DNA from: a virus
Lineage: Duplodnaviria > Heunggongvirae > Uroviricota > Caudoviricetes
Virus record (IMG/VR): IMGVR_UViG_3300020429_000539
Span: 172,263-236,262 of that record
Direction: 5' to 3' (one strand)
DNA: 64,000 nt
The notes under the pieces were generated by a model. It made no database searches and was not told the origin of the DNA. It was given only the letters and a program-made list of their open reading frames with translations. Position 1 is the first letter of the stretch. Each line of letters starts with the position of its first letter. Positions 24,926-35,195 of the stretch are shown here, piece after piece. Made by a program: the position numbers and the translations under genes.

Positions 24926-25249
24926 ATGAGCAACGAAGCCAAGTTTGCCGCCTGCCTGCCTGATGGAAGCATGATGCGCCCGAGCCGTTCGGAGGAGGTC
25001 TATACCTTTCCGACGCCCGACGACGCTCTGATGGCTCTCCGCAAGGCGTATCCCGACCAGTTTGACGAACGGTGGCACGCCGTTCAGTTGAGCGGGCCGC
25101 CCGAGCCGAAGCGACTCGATACGGTGGAGCGGTTCTGCAAAAAGCACGGTATCCCGCTTCCCGAGGACCACCCGCGCCACGGACTGCCTATCACTGAATG
25201 GGGCTTCTACCCGACGAAGAACGGCGAAGCCTACGCCAAGACCGCTTGA
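24926..25249 (+). CDS. hypothetical protein
   Basis: ATG 25 nt after CCACATA. Confidence 0.8.
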   Translation: MSNEAKFAACLPDGSMMRPSRSEEVYTFPTPDDALMALRKAYPDQFDERWHAVQLSGPPEPKRLDTVERFCKKHGIPLPEDHPRHGLPITEWGFYPTKNGEAYAKTA

Positions 25250-25349
25250 TCGTTGCTCCCCTCCGTCCGTCCATTCGTGGGCGGCGAGGGTTTCCGCGCA
25301 CAAAAGATGGGTGCTAACCACATAGCACCGAATGGGGAGGACGGTTATC

Positions 25350-25604
25350 ATGATCAAAGGCACAGTCACGGAACACGGCAACTTTATCATCAGCGGCGAC
25401 GAACCTTTCAGGTTGGAGATTGGGCACGCCCAAGATTCGCACCTTGACCGTCATGGAGTCATCGTCGATGTTTATACGGGTTCAGAAATCGACCCGAATC
25501 AGGAGCCCATCGGCGGCTTCGATAGCGTTCATATGAGCGCGGACGAGAACAAGTCGTGGGTTTACCCTCCACATAGCGAAGTCGGCGACAACCAAGAAGC
25601 ATGA
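25350..25604 (+). CDS. hypothetical protein
   Basis: ATG 25 nt after CCACATA. Confidence 0.75.
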   Translation: MIKGTVTEHGNFIISGDEPFRLEIGHAQDSHLDRHGVIVDVYTGSEIDPNQEPIGGFDSVHMSADENKSWVYPPHSEVGDNQEA

Positions 25605-26104
25605 CACAACTCCAAACAACGCTCGACCCCGCCAACCTTCCCGACGAAGCATGGATGATGCGTCTGCGAGAGCGATGCTTTACGGCTGACACAAACTTTT
25701 GTGTCAACGAGCGCGTCGGCGGCAAGATCGACCCCCGCATCGAGCAACTGAAGCAGAAACTCATCGGCGCGCTCGGTGTGGCTGCGGTCATGCCCGTCAT
25801 CGAGGAAGACATCGTTCCGCTCTTGGAGCGTGGCGAGTTTCTGGAGATGATGCGAGTCACGAAGGCTCCCGGCGAAGCGAGCCGATGCCACACCAACAGC
25901 GCGTTTATCTGGGAACTCGACCCCGACCGCTACGAACTGATGACGGGCTACGGACTGAGCAAGGATGGGGTTTGGCGGCAGCACTCGTGGGTCTACGACA
26001 CGAAGGAAGGCGAGATCATCGAGACAACCGAGGAGCGCGTGGTTTACTACGGCTTCCGCATGACCAAGGACGAGGCGAACAAGTTTTACTGGGACAACTG
26101 TTGA
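25601..26104 (+). CDS. conserved phage hypothetical protein
   Basis: CHTNSA...TGYGLSKDGVWRQHSW motif. Confidence 0.8.
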   Translation: MTQLQTTLDPANLPDEAWMMRLRERCFTADTNFCVNERVGGKIDPRIEQLKQKLIGALGVAAVMPVIEEDIVPLLERGEFLEMMRVTKAPGEASRCHTNSAFIWELDPDRYELMTGYGLSKDGVWRQHSWVYDTKEGEIIETTEERVVYYGFRMTKDEANKFYWDNC

Positions 26105-26153
26105 CCCACATACGATTCGGGCACTCGGTCATGCTCTGAAAGGAGCAACGACC

Positions 26154-26414
26154 ATGACTCGCGAAGAAGCAGCAAACCTCATCCGCCGCATCGAGCCGAA
26201 CGACCGCGTGACCATCAATGTCCCGAACGGGCGCGGGCGCAACGGCATCGAATACAAGGAGAAGACGGGCCGCGCGGTTATCTGCAACCACAAGCGCGAC
26301 CCGAACAACCTCACCGTTGCCCTGAACATGGGCGGACCTCACGGAACCCCTGGCGTCGCCACTGTCGAGAACATCGTCAAGGCTCCCGCCGCAGCACGGA
26401 GGAAACTGGCATGA
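26154..26414 (+). CDS. hypothetical protein
   Basis: SD GAAAGGAG at predicted +1. Confidence 0.8.
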   Translation: MTREEAANLIRRIEPNDRVTINVPNGRGRNGIEYKEKTGRAVICNHKRDPNNLTVALNMGGPHGTPGVATVENIVKAPAAARRKLA

Positions 26415-26614
26415 AGATCCGCTGACCGCATTCACTGAATGACCGAACACACGCCACAACCATCAACGGAGCCGGAACTGAAATGGATTGTATGAGAGGG
26501 GAAGAACCCCACCACGCACAAGAAAGTTGAAAGCGGCCCCCTGATGGCGTGGGGCCGTTTTCTTTTGTCCACATACGATAGTTTTCTGCGCACGAGGATA
26601 GAAGGGAGGCAATC

Positions 26615-27028
26615 ATGCCTGAGACCAGCATCCAGCAACACACCGACGCAATCGCCGCCATCGAGGACTTCATGGGCTACGCCGCTGATGACGGCATGAT
26701 GGCCCGCCTGAGCAACGAAGGTTATACCTACAACCTGGACACCTTCCACCTGAACTACAAGACCTTCCCTCTACCGATGGGCGTGGCCGTTCGTGTTCTG
26801 GCGCAGTTTGCGCAGATGCGACTCGCCGAACTCGGCCACCGCATCATGGACCTGCGCCACGAAGGAAACTACCGTTGGACCGGCCAACTTCTCCGCGACC
26901 GATTCGATACACCGCGAGAGATGACCGTCACAACCGATTCGCATGACTACTCATCCGCGCTCGCCTCTCTTATCCTTCACACTCGCATCCTCCGCGAACT
27001 GTTCGATGAGATGATGCCGAAAAACTGA
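26615..27028 (+). CDS. hypothetical protein
   Basis: SD GGGAGG. Confidence 0.8.
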   Translation: MPETSIQQHTDAIAAIEDFMGYAADDGMMARLSNEGYTYNLDTFHLNYKTFPLPMGVAVRVLAQFAQMRLAELGHRIMDLRHEGNYRWTGQLLRDRFDTPREMTVTTDSHDYSSALASLILHTRILRELFDEMMPKN

Positions 27029-27134
27029 CCCTCCTTTCCCTTGCTCCCCGATTCATTTCGGGTCGAGCGAGGTTCTACATAGAAGATGGGTGCTAACTCA
27101 ACCCACATACGACGCTGCATCGAGGACACGCGGC

Positions 27135-27359
27135 ATGAGCGACACAATGACCGTTGGAGAACTGATCGCAGAACTCCAGAAACACGACGCGAACAAGCCC
27201 GTCTTTGTCTACGACGAGGGCGAGCCCGAATCCATCGGCCTTCTCTCCATCGACGAGGGCGAGGAAGATGGCGGGCTATTCGTGGACACGGCTTGCGACG
27301 GCGTGTATTCTGGACGCGAGCGGCCCGTGGTTCAGATTCGTGTTTCCATCCCCACATAG
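27135..27359 (+). CDS. hypothetical protein
   Basis: MTVGELIAELQKHD phage-type N-terminus; ATG 25 nt after CCACATA. Confidence 0.8.
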   Translation: MSDTMTVGELIAELQKHDANKPVFVYDEGEPESIGLLSIDEGEEDGGLFVDTACDGVYSGRERPVVQIRVSIPT

Positions 27360-27383
27360 CATCCCAAGGAAGGACCATCGACC

Positions 27384-28073
27384 ATGAGCAACAACACCCA
27401 ACCGTTTGAACCTGCCCGGTTTACTCCGACGCAGTTTAGCACTGCCGAGGTCAAGGCCAGTTTCGGCAATGACCTTGTTCGGTTCATGCTCAACGGCTTC
27501 AAGTGGGCCGACTTCTCGGATTTCGTGTACAAGAACCTGAGCAACTGCTTTGGGCACATCGCCCACTACAACCGCAGCGGCTTCTTTGACACATGGTTCA
27601 GCGAGCCGAATCAGATTCGCGCGTGGCTCGATCATGTCGCCAGCGCGACGCCCGTGGGCTCGCCTTCGCACACCTTCAGCGATTTCGAGCGAGCGTTCCA
27701 GGTCTGGCTGAGCGAGAACCGCAACGAGATTCGCGCCGCCATCGAGGGCAAGGGCTCCGAGCAGCAGGCACTCGCCGACAACGCTGGCGAGAAGGTCGAG
27801 TTTATCATCGTCGCGGTCAGCAAGAACACGGGGCCGTTCGGCCACAAGCAGCACATCCTTGTCGGTCGCAACGGCGTGGGCTTTAAGGGCGAACGCCAGC
27901 CGTCCGCGCATGTCCCCGGCAACGAGGACTTGGCCGAGGGTCGCGTGTTCGAGTGGACGGTGGACGCCGAGGGGATGCCCGTCGAGCGTCATCAGTGGTT
28001 CGAGACGACGAGCAAGATGCCCGACAAGGCTCCCGATGAAGTCATCGAGGAAGCCTTCGCAATCGCAACCTGA
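27384..28073 (+). CDS. conserved phage hypothetical protein
   Basis: LSNCFGHIAHYNRSGFFDTWF motif; 229 aa. Confidence 0.8.
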   Translation: MSNNTQPFEPARFTPTQFSTAEVKASFGNDLVRFMLNGFKWADFSDFVYKNLSNCFGHIAHYNRSGFFDTWFSEPNQIRAWLDHVASATPVGSPSHTFSDFERAFQVWLSENRNEIRAAIEGKGSEQQALADNAGEKVEFIIVAVSKNTGPFGHKQHILVGRNGVGFKGERQPSAHVPGNEDLAEGRVFEWTVDAEGMPVERHQWFETTSKMPDKAPDEVIEEAFAIAT

Positions 28074-28165
28074 TTCCTCCTTTCAACCCCCGCAAGGGGG
28101 CCGTCCCACGAAAGATGGGTGCATATACCTGTCCCACATAGGATGCAGTTATGATACCAGTCAAT

Positions 28166-28369
28166 ATGAAGATGTTTGCTATGACAACTGAGCAAGGGAC
28201 AGCCGCGTCTGAAACGGCTTTGTGCGAGATTTGCATAAAGAGCAATTCAGCAGTGCAAATTGCCCGTGATGCGGCTAGGCAATCAACAGACCTACAACCT
28301 GATCAAGAGTTTGCAGATTGTACCGGAAATGAATCTCTCTCGTGTTGCGCGTGTGGCAAATCCACATAG
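28166..28369 (+). CDS. small Cys-rich protein
   Basis: CEIC ... CCACG; ATG 25 nt after CCACATA. Confidence 0.7.
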   Translation: MKMFAMTTEQGTAASETALCEICIKSNSAVQIARDAARQSTDLQPDQEFADCTGNESLSCCACGKST

Positions 28370-28411
28370 CATAGTTTCTTCGTGCCGAGAGATAACGAAA
28401 GGAGCAACGCA

Positions 28412-28759
28412 ATGCCAATCGAATCACACAACGGAGGCGGAATGACAATCACGGGCAAGGGAGACCTGCCCAGCGGTGGGCTGAGTTTCTTCACGCTCAT
28501 CAACGCCTACCAAGCGGCCAAGATGCATGTGCAGACTGGCGGACGGATGCGGCTGACGAGGACCGCGACTCCCTCGAATCTCGTCCGCGTCCTCAACCAA
28601 CACTACCCCGACCGACCCGATGGGCCGTTCAAGGGCCGCACGATGTCCGTTCTGTTGAAGCAGATCAAGGCCGAGGTTCAGCGACAGAACGACCTCCACC
28701 GAGCCAGCCTTGACGAGGCGCAGCGAGCAGCCTTCGACCGAATCCTCAACGAATCGTGA
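28412..28759 (+). CDS. hypothetical protein
   Basis: SD GAAAGGAG. Confidence 0.8.
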   Translation: MPIESHNGGGMTITGKGDLPSGGLSFFTLINAYQAAKMHVQTGGRMRLTRTATPSNLVRVLNQHYPDRPDGPFKGRTMSVLLKQIKAEVQRQNDLHRASLDEAQRAAFDRILNES

Positions 28760-28852
28760 ACCAGCAATAATCCCCCTTATGGGGGATTTTCTATTCTGCG
28801 CACGAAAGATGGGTGCTAACCCACATACGACAACCAAGACGAACCAAGAGAC

Positions 28853-29362
28853 ATGAGCGACACAACCATCGGCCACACGAACCACGACGAAGAAACCGCA
28901 ACCGAGAACCTCCGCGAGTTTGTCGAGAACACGGCAGATGCCGACGACCTCGCCCGACTCGTCAGTCTGGTACTCGATGGCGACATCGTGACGGTCACGA
29001 TGAACAACGGCGCAACGAGCCAGCCGTTCCACGACGGGCACCTGCTGACCGCTGGCTGGCGCATCGTGATGGTTGGCGAGAAGGGCATCGAGGGCGAGAC
29101 TCTTTACTGGTCGAACGATGAAGGATGGGTGGGCCGCGAATCCGCCACGCTTTTCACGAACGACGAACGGGAGATTTATCCGTCTATCCCGCAGGGAGGC
29201 AAGTGGGAGTACGCCCATTCACTGAACGACCGCCCCACATACGATGAACTCGCGTCGGCCCTAGAGGGAATGGTGGTTGAATGGGGCAGCCGACGCGACC
29301 AGCAGAAGGCCCTCGACAACGCAATCGAAATCCTCAAGCGACTCGGAAGGGACCACGAATAA
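28853..29362 (+). CDS. hypothetical protein
   Basis: ATG 25 nt after CCACATA. Confidence 0.8.
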   Translation: MSDTTIGHTNHDEETATENLREFVENTADADDLARLVSLVLDGDIVTVTMNNGATSQPFHDGHLLTAGWRIVMVGEKGIEGETLYWSNDEGWVGRESATLFTNDEREIYPSIPQGGKWEYAHSLNDRPTYDELASALEGMVVEWGSRRDQQKALDNAIEILKRLGRDHE

Positions 29363-29574
29363 TGACCGATACATGCGAGCGGTGCGGAGCGCGAGGCCGC
29401 GCGATGACCATGAGCAAGTTCAACACGGAGATGATCTGTACGAGCGGCGACAACAACTGCAAGCAGCGCGAGCGCGAGCATCCGAAGTACGCCGAAGCAG
29501 ACAAGGCAGAATGCGAGGCCGTGCGGCGAGGGGAAACCAACTTCCCCGGCATCGGCAAACCCTCAGACCTCTAA
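29362..29574 (+). CDS. small Zn-binding phage protein
   Basis: CERC..MSKFNTEMIC...C. Confidence 0.7.
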   Translation: MTDTCERCGARGRAMTMSKFNTEMICTSGDNNCKQREREHPKYAEADKAECEAVRRGETNFPGIGKPSDL

Positions 29575-29586
29575 CGGAAGGAGCGC

Positions 29587-29823
29587 ATGAGCGACAAAGA
29601 ACCCGACACGCCCAACATGGAAGAAATCACGGTTCACGGCACGAAGGCATGGACCTACGCGACCGTGGGAGGCCGAGACTTCAAGGTCCACCAAGACGAA
29701 GAAGGCGATATCGAAATCCAAGAGCGGACAGGCGAAAACACCTGGGTTCACCGCTACGACAGCGGATACGACACGCTGGCCGAGGCGATTCTAAACCACG
29801 CCGCAATCAACGACGAATTCTGA
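29587..29823 (+). CDS. hypothetical protein
   Basis: SD AAGGAG. Confidence 0.75.
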   Translation: MSDKEPDTPNMEEITVHGTKAWTYATVGGRDFKVHQDEEGDIEIQERTGENTWVHRYDSGYDTLAEAILNHAAINDEF

Positions 29824-29949
29824 TTCCTTTCTCCCCGCAAGGGGGATTCTTTATAGAAGATGGGTGCAAAACTCACGCTATGACAGTTGCGTGCGGTCCC
29901 ACATACGAAAAACTCCGAGCATCAACACATAACGAAAGGGGCATGAAAC

Positions 29950-30339
29950 ATGCAAAGGCACGAAGTCAACGCAATCAGCGAAGAAATCATGGGCATTCTT
30001 GAGGCGGCGCAGGCCGAGGGGAAACTCCAGGGCTACGACATCAAGCGCGGCAGCGGTCGATTCGGCGCGAGCGGATTCGACATGAAAATCAGCATCACGC
30101 CCCAGCGAACCGATGCCGACCGCGCACGCATCGCCAACACGCAGACCGATGAGTTGGTCCGCCGTGGGCTCGCGGCACCAGGCACCCCTATCATCAGCGG
30201 AACGCAGCGAGGCGAAATCGTCAAGGCTCGGCGGAGCCGCTACCTTGTCAAGGGGTTCGGCGGCAAGTTCGATGGTCAGCAGTTCACGACGCTGTTTACC
30301 GCCTGCCGACTCGATGCGCCCGCCACCGCGAACGCATGA
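29950..30339 (+). CDS. hypothetical protein
   Basis: 129 aa cassette gene. Confidence 0.75.
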   Translation: MQRHEVNAISEEIMGILEAAQAEGKLQGYDIKRGSGRFGASGFDMKISITPQRTDADRARIANTQTDELVRRGLAAPGTPIISGTQRGEIVKARRSRYLVKGFGGKFDGQQFTTLFTACRLDAPATANA

Positions 30340-30417
30340 CCCAAACCCCCGCAAGGGGGATATCATAGAAAAGATGGGTGCCTGACCACATACGAAAACT
30401 CGCATCGCCCGATGACC

Positions 30418-31026
30418 ATGAAAACAACTTTCCTACCATCGTTTGAGGTTTGCGACATCGAGGGCAACGAGCATATCGTGGACATGCTGCTTGCCGAGGC
30501 GGACGACGACAGCCGCATGGTTCTCATGTTCGTGCCCGGCACGACTGAGACAGCCCCCGCCGATTCGTTGGAGTTTCACGACAACGAGATTCAAGGGTGG
30601 TGGGACCACGCAATGCCACACATGAGAGAGGCCCCGTGCGTCTGCGAGCCCTGCACAACAGACCCCGGCGGTAACTGCGTCAACTGCCTGCGACCCGCTG
30701 GGCCTGTGACCAATCTCGACCGATTCGTTGAACTCGCGGGCGACCTTATCCGCGCCGACGAGAGGCGAGAGGATACGGGCAACGCCGCCCGTGCGCTCCG
30801 CGAGTTTATCGTGGACACGCTCAAGCGACCCGACCCGCTCGGGCTCATCCCTTCCGACATGCCAACGCTTGCGACCGTCACGGAGCAGGGCGAACTTATC
30901 GGACAATCGCCGTGCGGAAGGGACAACAACGGGTGCGAAGAAGAATACGAATACGAGGGGCATAGGTACATCGTCGGATGGGAGCCGGGCAAGGATTCGT
31001 GGTTCTATCGCAAGGAGGAAGAATGA
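30418..31026 (+). CDS. hypothetical protein
   Basis: ATG 25 nt after CCACATA. Confidence 0.8.
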   Translation: MKTTFLPSFEVCDIEGNEHIVDMLLAEADDDSRMVLMFVPGTTETAPADSLEFHDNEIQGWWDHAMPHMREAPCVCEPCTTDPGGNCVNCLRPAGPVTNLDRFVELAGDLIRADERREDTGNAARALREFIVDTLKRPDPLGLIPSDMPTLATVTEQGELIGQSPCGRDNNGCEEEYEYEGHRYIVGWEPGKDSWFYRKEEE

Positions 31027-31241
31027 CCCTCAAGGAAATACTCGAAGCCCTCGACGGCTACGGGCTCATCCTGACAGATGACGAACTCATCGAAGAAAGG
31101 TTGAAGGAACTGGGTATCGACATCGCCAAGCCCGTGCAGTAAGCCAATAGAGCCCAGAAATGGGTTCTTTTCCGCGCACAAAAGATGGGTGCTAGCCACA
31201 TACTACTGCGTGCTGCTATCATTCACTGATTGGAGGCAACG

Positions 31242-31538
31242 ATGCAAGTAAAGCAGGCCGTGGATTTCGCTGAGCAGTTTCTACGCAAGGTCGTCGGACC
31301 TGGCATGTTGCACCGAATGGCCCCCGAGCCGTGTCCCGAGGGGACTTTCATCGGGCAGTATGACAGCAAGGCGCAACTCTACAGCGTCGCCATCAAGCCG
31401 ACGCACGACAGCCGTGGCACGCCCTACATCTCTGTTCACATTCAGACCGCCGACGATGCCGAGAAGCGCAGCGGCGACTGGCGGATTTACAGCGAGGCGG
31501 GCGATTGGGATTTGCCGCGCCGTCCGCTTTGCCCTTGA
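31242..31538 (+). CDS. hypothetical protein
   Basis: SD GGAGG. Confidence 0.75.
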   Translation: MQVKQAVDFAEQFLRKVVGPGMLHRMAPEPCPEGTFIGQYDSKAQLYSVAIKPTHDSRGTPYISVHIQTADDAEKRSGDWRIYSEAGDWDLPRRPLCP

Positions 31539-31586
31539 CCCACATACGAATACCTGCCCGTCCCGTAGCATGAAAGGAGCAACGAC

Positions 31587-31934
31587 ATGCGAACCGCTTA
31601 CCACTACAACGGGCACCTCATCGACATCTGGGAGGACCGCGAGGACGATAACATCAAACTGTTTCATGATGTGTTCCCGCCCGGCGCGTGGACCGGCAAG
31701 GGCGAAGTCACGGGCCGCGACTGCCGCGCCTGCAAGATGCTCGACCTATCACCGTACGGCACGAACGACCTCACGCTCTGCGCCGCGATGATCGACCTCG
31801 GATTCCCGACCCGCGAGGACATTCTGCCGAACGGCAGCATCGGCCCGCTCCACCGCGAGGATGTGGAAACCCTCTGGCGGGCGAAGTTCGGCGACAAGCC
31901 GATGCCGACGATGGACGACCTCACCCAACTCTAA
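31587..31934 (+). CDS. hypothetical protein
   Basis: SD GAAAGGAG at predicted +1. Confidence 0.8.
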   Translation: MRTAYHYNGHLIDIWEDREDDNIKLFHDVFPPGAWTGKGEVTGRDCRACKMLDLSPYGTNDLTLCAAMIDLGFPTREDILPNGSIGPLHREDVETLWRAKFGDKPMPTMDDLTQL

Positions 31935-32037
31935 CCAAACGGAGCCCCCGCAAGGGGGATACTTCATAGAAGATGGGTGCATAGTCGTTGACCACATAGC
32001 ATAGTTGCGCCTCGTCATGCGATGAAAGGAGCAACAC

Positions 32038-32397
32038 ATGGCAAAGTTTCAGCGAACCCCGCAGCCCCACCACCGCGAAGTCACCGAGGCCGAGATGGAC
32101 CGTCTCGTGGACTGGATCGCGGAAATGAATCGACGGTATTACGAGGCCAACTTCCCGCGCCTCACGCCGCCGACCTTCCGCTACCAGATGGGTCCGACGA
32201 ACATCAAGGTGATCGTAGTCGGCGACGACGGCAAGGACCGCAGCGTGTGGTGCTTCGTCGAGAAGGCGAGCGGCGCGATCATGAAGGCCGCCGGATGGAA
32301 GGCCCCCGAGCCCAAGCGGTACGAGCGCGGAAATGTCCACCTGCCCGAGGGTTGGGCCAAGTGGCTCACCCCCAACGGTCCCCAGTATCTCAACTGA
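32038..32397 (+). CDS. conserved phage protein (SV..FV.K..G.I.KAA.WKAP family)
   Basis: Motif familiar from myovirus hypotheticals; SD GAAAGGAG. Confidence 0.75.
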   Translation: MAKFQRTPQPHHREVTEAEMDRLVDWIAEMNRRYYEANFPRLTPPTFRYQMGPTNIKVIVVGDDGKDRSVWCFVEKASGAIMKAAGWKAPEPKRYERGNVHLPEGWAKWLTPNGPQYLN

Positions 32398-32653
32398 GAC
32401 CAGGCACTCCCCATTCGTGGGGAGTTTCTTTCGCGCGCACAAAAGATGGGTGCAACCCCACATAGCTACCAGCTTCGGCGTCTTCAAGCATGGACACCGA
32501 TAGCCTCAAGTTTGAAGTCTTCCAGCTTCGGCAGCGAATCGAGCGAATCGTCCGGCGTCGGGGGATTGTCGAGTCGCACATAGCTATCCGCGCGGTCGCC
32601 ATTCTTAGCGTTCGCGTTCGGCTGCTTGAGGTTCAGATCAGAAAGGGCAACAC

Positions 32654-32986
32654 ATGAAAAGCGTACACGGCAAGCTCGGCAACATGCGGAAGGCGGTTAG
32701 CTGGACCGTTTACCCCAACAGCTACAACGAGAGCAAGAGCGAGACAGCGGGCGCGCGGACCATCTTCATCCAGAGCGACAAACGAGCCTGCGCTATCAAT
32801 GTCGAGACCGGCAAGGGTATGCTCAGCAACGGGCGCGGACACCCCGGATTCCATTCGACGATGCCCGCGCTCGGGGCCAAGGAGGTCGATGTCCCGCGCG
32901 AGTTCATCGACGAATGCCTGAAAGCTCAGCCCAAGAGCGGCGACACCATCGGACGCGCGGGCACCGCCGTTGTTCGCATCGCATAA
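32654..32986 (+). CDS. hypothetical protein
   Basis: SD GAAAGGG. Confidence 0.75.
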   Translation: MKSVHGKLGNMRKAVSWTVYPNSYNESKSETAGARTIFIQSDKRACAINVETGKGMLSNGRGHPGFHSTMPALGAKEVDVPREFIDECLKAQPKSGDTIGRAGTAVVRIA

Positions 32987-33080
32987 CCAAACGCCCCACA
33001 AGGGGCAACTGCTACAAAAGATGGGTGCTAGAACACATACGGTAGAAGCGGGCGACCATGCCATGAAAGGAAGGCAAACC

Positions 33081-33506
33081 ATGACCGCAACCACGACAGC
33101 ATTCAAGTACCGGGCCGTTTATCTTTCCGCCGACACGGAAGAGGACAAGTGGGGCGACGGATGCCAGCCCGGCACGCGCTGCTGCAAGATGGACCAGAAA
33201 ATCAGTGTCGAGTCCGATTCGCTCAAGGGCCTGCTTGAAACTCTCGCGCAAGAGTGGGGGTTCAGCGAAGAACCCAGCGACGGCTGGATCATGATGCGTA
33301 ACCATGACGACACGGTGCGCCTCATCTATCAGCAGAACGAGAACGCGGACGGGCACCCCCTGACCGACAGCGAGCGCGAACGCTGGAAGAAGAACGAGAT
33401 CAAGGTCTGGCTCGCGGATTATTCGTTCACGGTCGAGAAGGCCCCCGCCGAGACATTCATCATCGGCGACGACGAGGCCGAGAGCATCGGGCTGGAAGTT
33501 AGTTGA
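33081..33506 (+). CDS. hypothetical protein
   Basis: SD GAAAGGAAGG. Confidence 0.8.
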   Translation: MTATTTAFKYRAVYLSADTEEDKWGDGCQPGTRCCKMDQKISVESDSLKGLLETLAQEWGFSEEPSDGWIMMRNHDDTVRLIYQQNENADGHPLTDSERERWKKNEIKVWLADYSFTVEKAPAETFIIGDDEAESIGLEVS

Positions 33507-33588
33507 CGCCAACTCTCCCCATAAGGGGAGGGCCTCGCAAAAGATGGGTGCTACTCGCACATAGCACCGCGCGACAGCCCCGTAGGGC

Positions 33589-33702
33589 ATGAACCTACTC
33601 ATGCTCATCATAAGCATCATCATCCTCATGGTCAAGTACTGGTACATTTCCGTGCCCGTGCTTGGCATCATCGCATTCCTCTGGGCGAAGGCGCAGGACT
33701 GA
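33589..33702 (+). CDS. 37-aa membrane micro-protein (not in ORF track)
   Basis: MNLLMLIISIIILMVKYWYISVPVLGIIAFLWAKAQD; ATG 25 nt after GCACATA. Confidence 0.7.
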   Translation: MNLLMLIISIIILMVKYWYISVPVLGIIAFLWAKAQD

Positions 33703-33750
33703 CCACATAGGTTAGTTTCAGGCACCCGTGGCATGAAAGGAAGGCAAACC

Positions 33751-34155
33751 ATGACACGCGACGACCTGACCCCATTCGCCCGAGGATACATTCAAGGGCT
33801 GCTCGCCACCAGTCTCGATGACGACCAGGAGCCGCTGGACGCCAACTACGATATCGAGGACATTCACCCCGATTCGCTTGAGAAGATCGCCGACGATTGC
33901 GCCAAGTTCGTCGCGGCGAATGAATCGCACTACGCCGATGCCGAGAATCTTTCCTGCTCGGACGGCATCTGGAAGCCCGCCGAATCCGCTGGCCTTGATT
34001 TCTGGCTGACGCGCAACGGCCACGGAAGCGGATTCTGGGACCCCGACCGCAAGCGGCACTATGGCGAGGCGAACGCGGAAGCGATGAACGCCTACAGCGA
34101 AGCCGCCGGCGGATGCGACGCCTACATCGGCGATGATGGCAAGGTCCACATCTGA
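33751..34155 (+). CDS. conserved phage protein
   Basis: AGLDFWLTRNGHGSGFWD motif. Confidence 0.8.
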   Translation: MTRDDLTPFARGYIQGLLATSLDDDQEPLDANYDIEDIHPDSLEKIADDCAKFVAANESHYADAENLSCSDGIWKPAESAGLDFWLTRNGHGSGFWDPDRKRHYGEANAEAMNAYSEAAGGCDAYIGDDGKVHI

Positions 34156-34306
34156 TCCTTTCCCCCTCCCCGCCGCAAGGCGGGTTGTAGGGGTGCATAG
34201 ATAAAGATGGGTGCTATCACTGTTTGGCATGCGCAAGTTAGTAGTTGCTATTTTCGTGCCACATAGTTTATATTCTGCGCGCCGAGGATTGAAAGGAAGG
34301 CAACCC

Positions 34307-34819
34307 ATGACAATCACAGCCGATAGCAACACGATTTTCCACGCCAAGAAGATCAGCCGCTCGCGGTGGGGGTTCGAGTTTCATCCGAATCTCACCGAGG
34401 TCGAGCGCGTCCGTTGCGTCGTGGAGTTCAACTACAAGCGCGGCACGGTATTCGTGACGACCGCCGAGAATCGAGACCTGAAAGCCCCCGGCGACGACTA
34501 CTACGAGTGGGACGCCATCGTGGAGGCGGGCAAGTCCTACATGGTCGGTTCGGATGTTCCGACCGATTCGTTCCTGAAGTCTCATTCGTCGTACATCCCC
34601 GCAGACCACTGGCTCGCGTTCGCCGTTGATTGGGCGTTCAAGAATCCCACGCAGCGGCTCATCGTCACCAAGCACAGCGGCCAGCCGCTCCACTACGAGG
34701 TCTACAAGCGCGGCGACTATGTTGAGATCGCGCTGCCCCACCACGGGCAAGGCGGAGAGAAGCACTGGGCGGTCCACGCCGACAGCCCCCGCAAGAAACT
34801 GCTCATCAATGTTGATTGA
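34307..34819 (+). CDS. hypothetical protein
   Basis: SD GAAAGGAAGG. Confidence 0.8.
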   Translation: MTITADSNTIFHAKKISRSRWGFEFHPNLTEVERVRCVVEFNYKRGTVFVTTAENRDLKAPGDDYYEWDAIVEAGKSYMVGSDVPTDSFLKSHSSYIPADHWLAFAVDWAFKNPTQRLIVTKHSGQPLHYEVYKRGDYVEIALPHHGQGGEKHWAVHADSPRKKLLINVD

Positions 34820-34923
34820 CGGGCACCTGCCCGACAGCCCCGCAAGGGGCAAGCCCTATAGAAGATGGGTGCAAGGCCACATAGCATAGTTGTTGCGGCT
34901 CGTCGATTATAAGGAGCAACACA

Positions 34924-35163
34924 ATGGACGCCCAGAACATCAGCATGATTCAGCACCACGCCCAGACTCTTCTTCGCGAATCGGGCTATAACGCCTCGAT
35001 TCTCAAGGGCGAGGGACGCAAGGGCGAGGATTATAGCCGCGCCATGGGGCTCTGGAAGGATTCGTGCAAACTCGTCCGCGAAGTGTTCCCCGAGGATGAG
35101 GCCGAGCGCATGATCGAAGCCACCTGGAACCCGAATAAGGTTGCGTTCCTGGAGAAGGCCTAA
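34924..35163 (+). CDS. hypothetical protein
   Basis: SD AAGGAG. Confidence 0.75.
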   Translation: MDAQNISMIQHHAQTLLRESGYNASILKGEGRKGEDYSRAMGLWKDSCKLVREVFPEDEAERMIEATWNPNKVAFLEKA

Positions 35164-35195
35164 CCACATACAGGCACCGCGCGAGGACGATGAAC

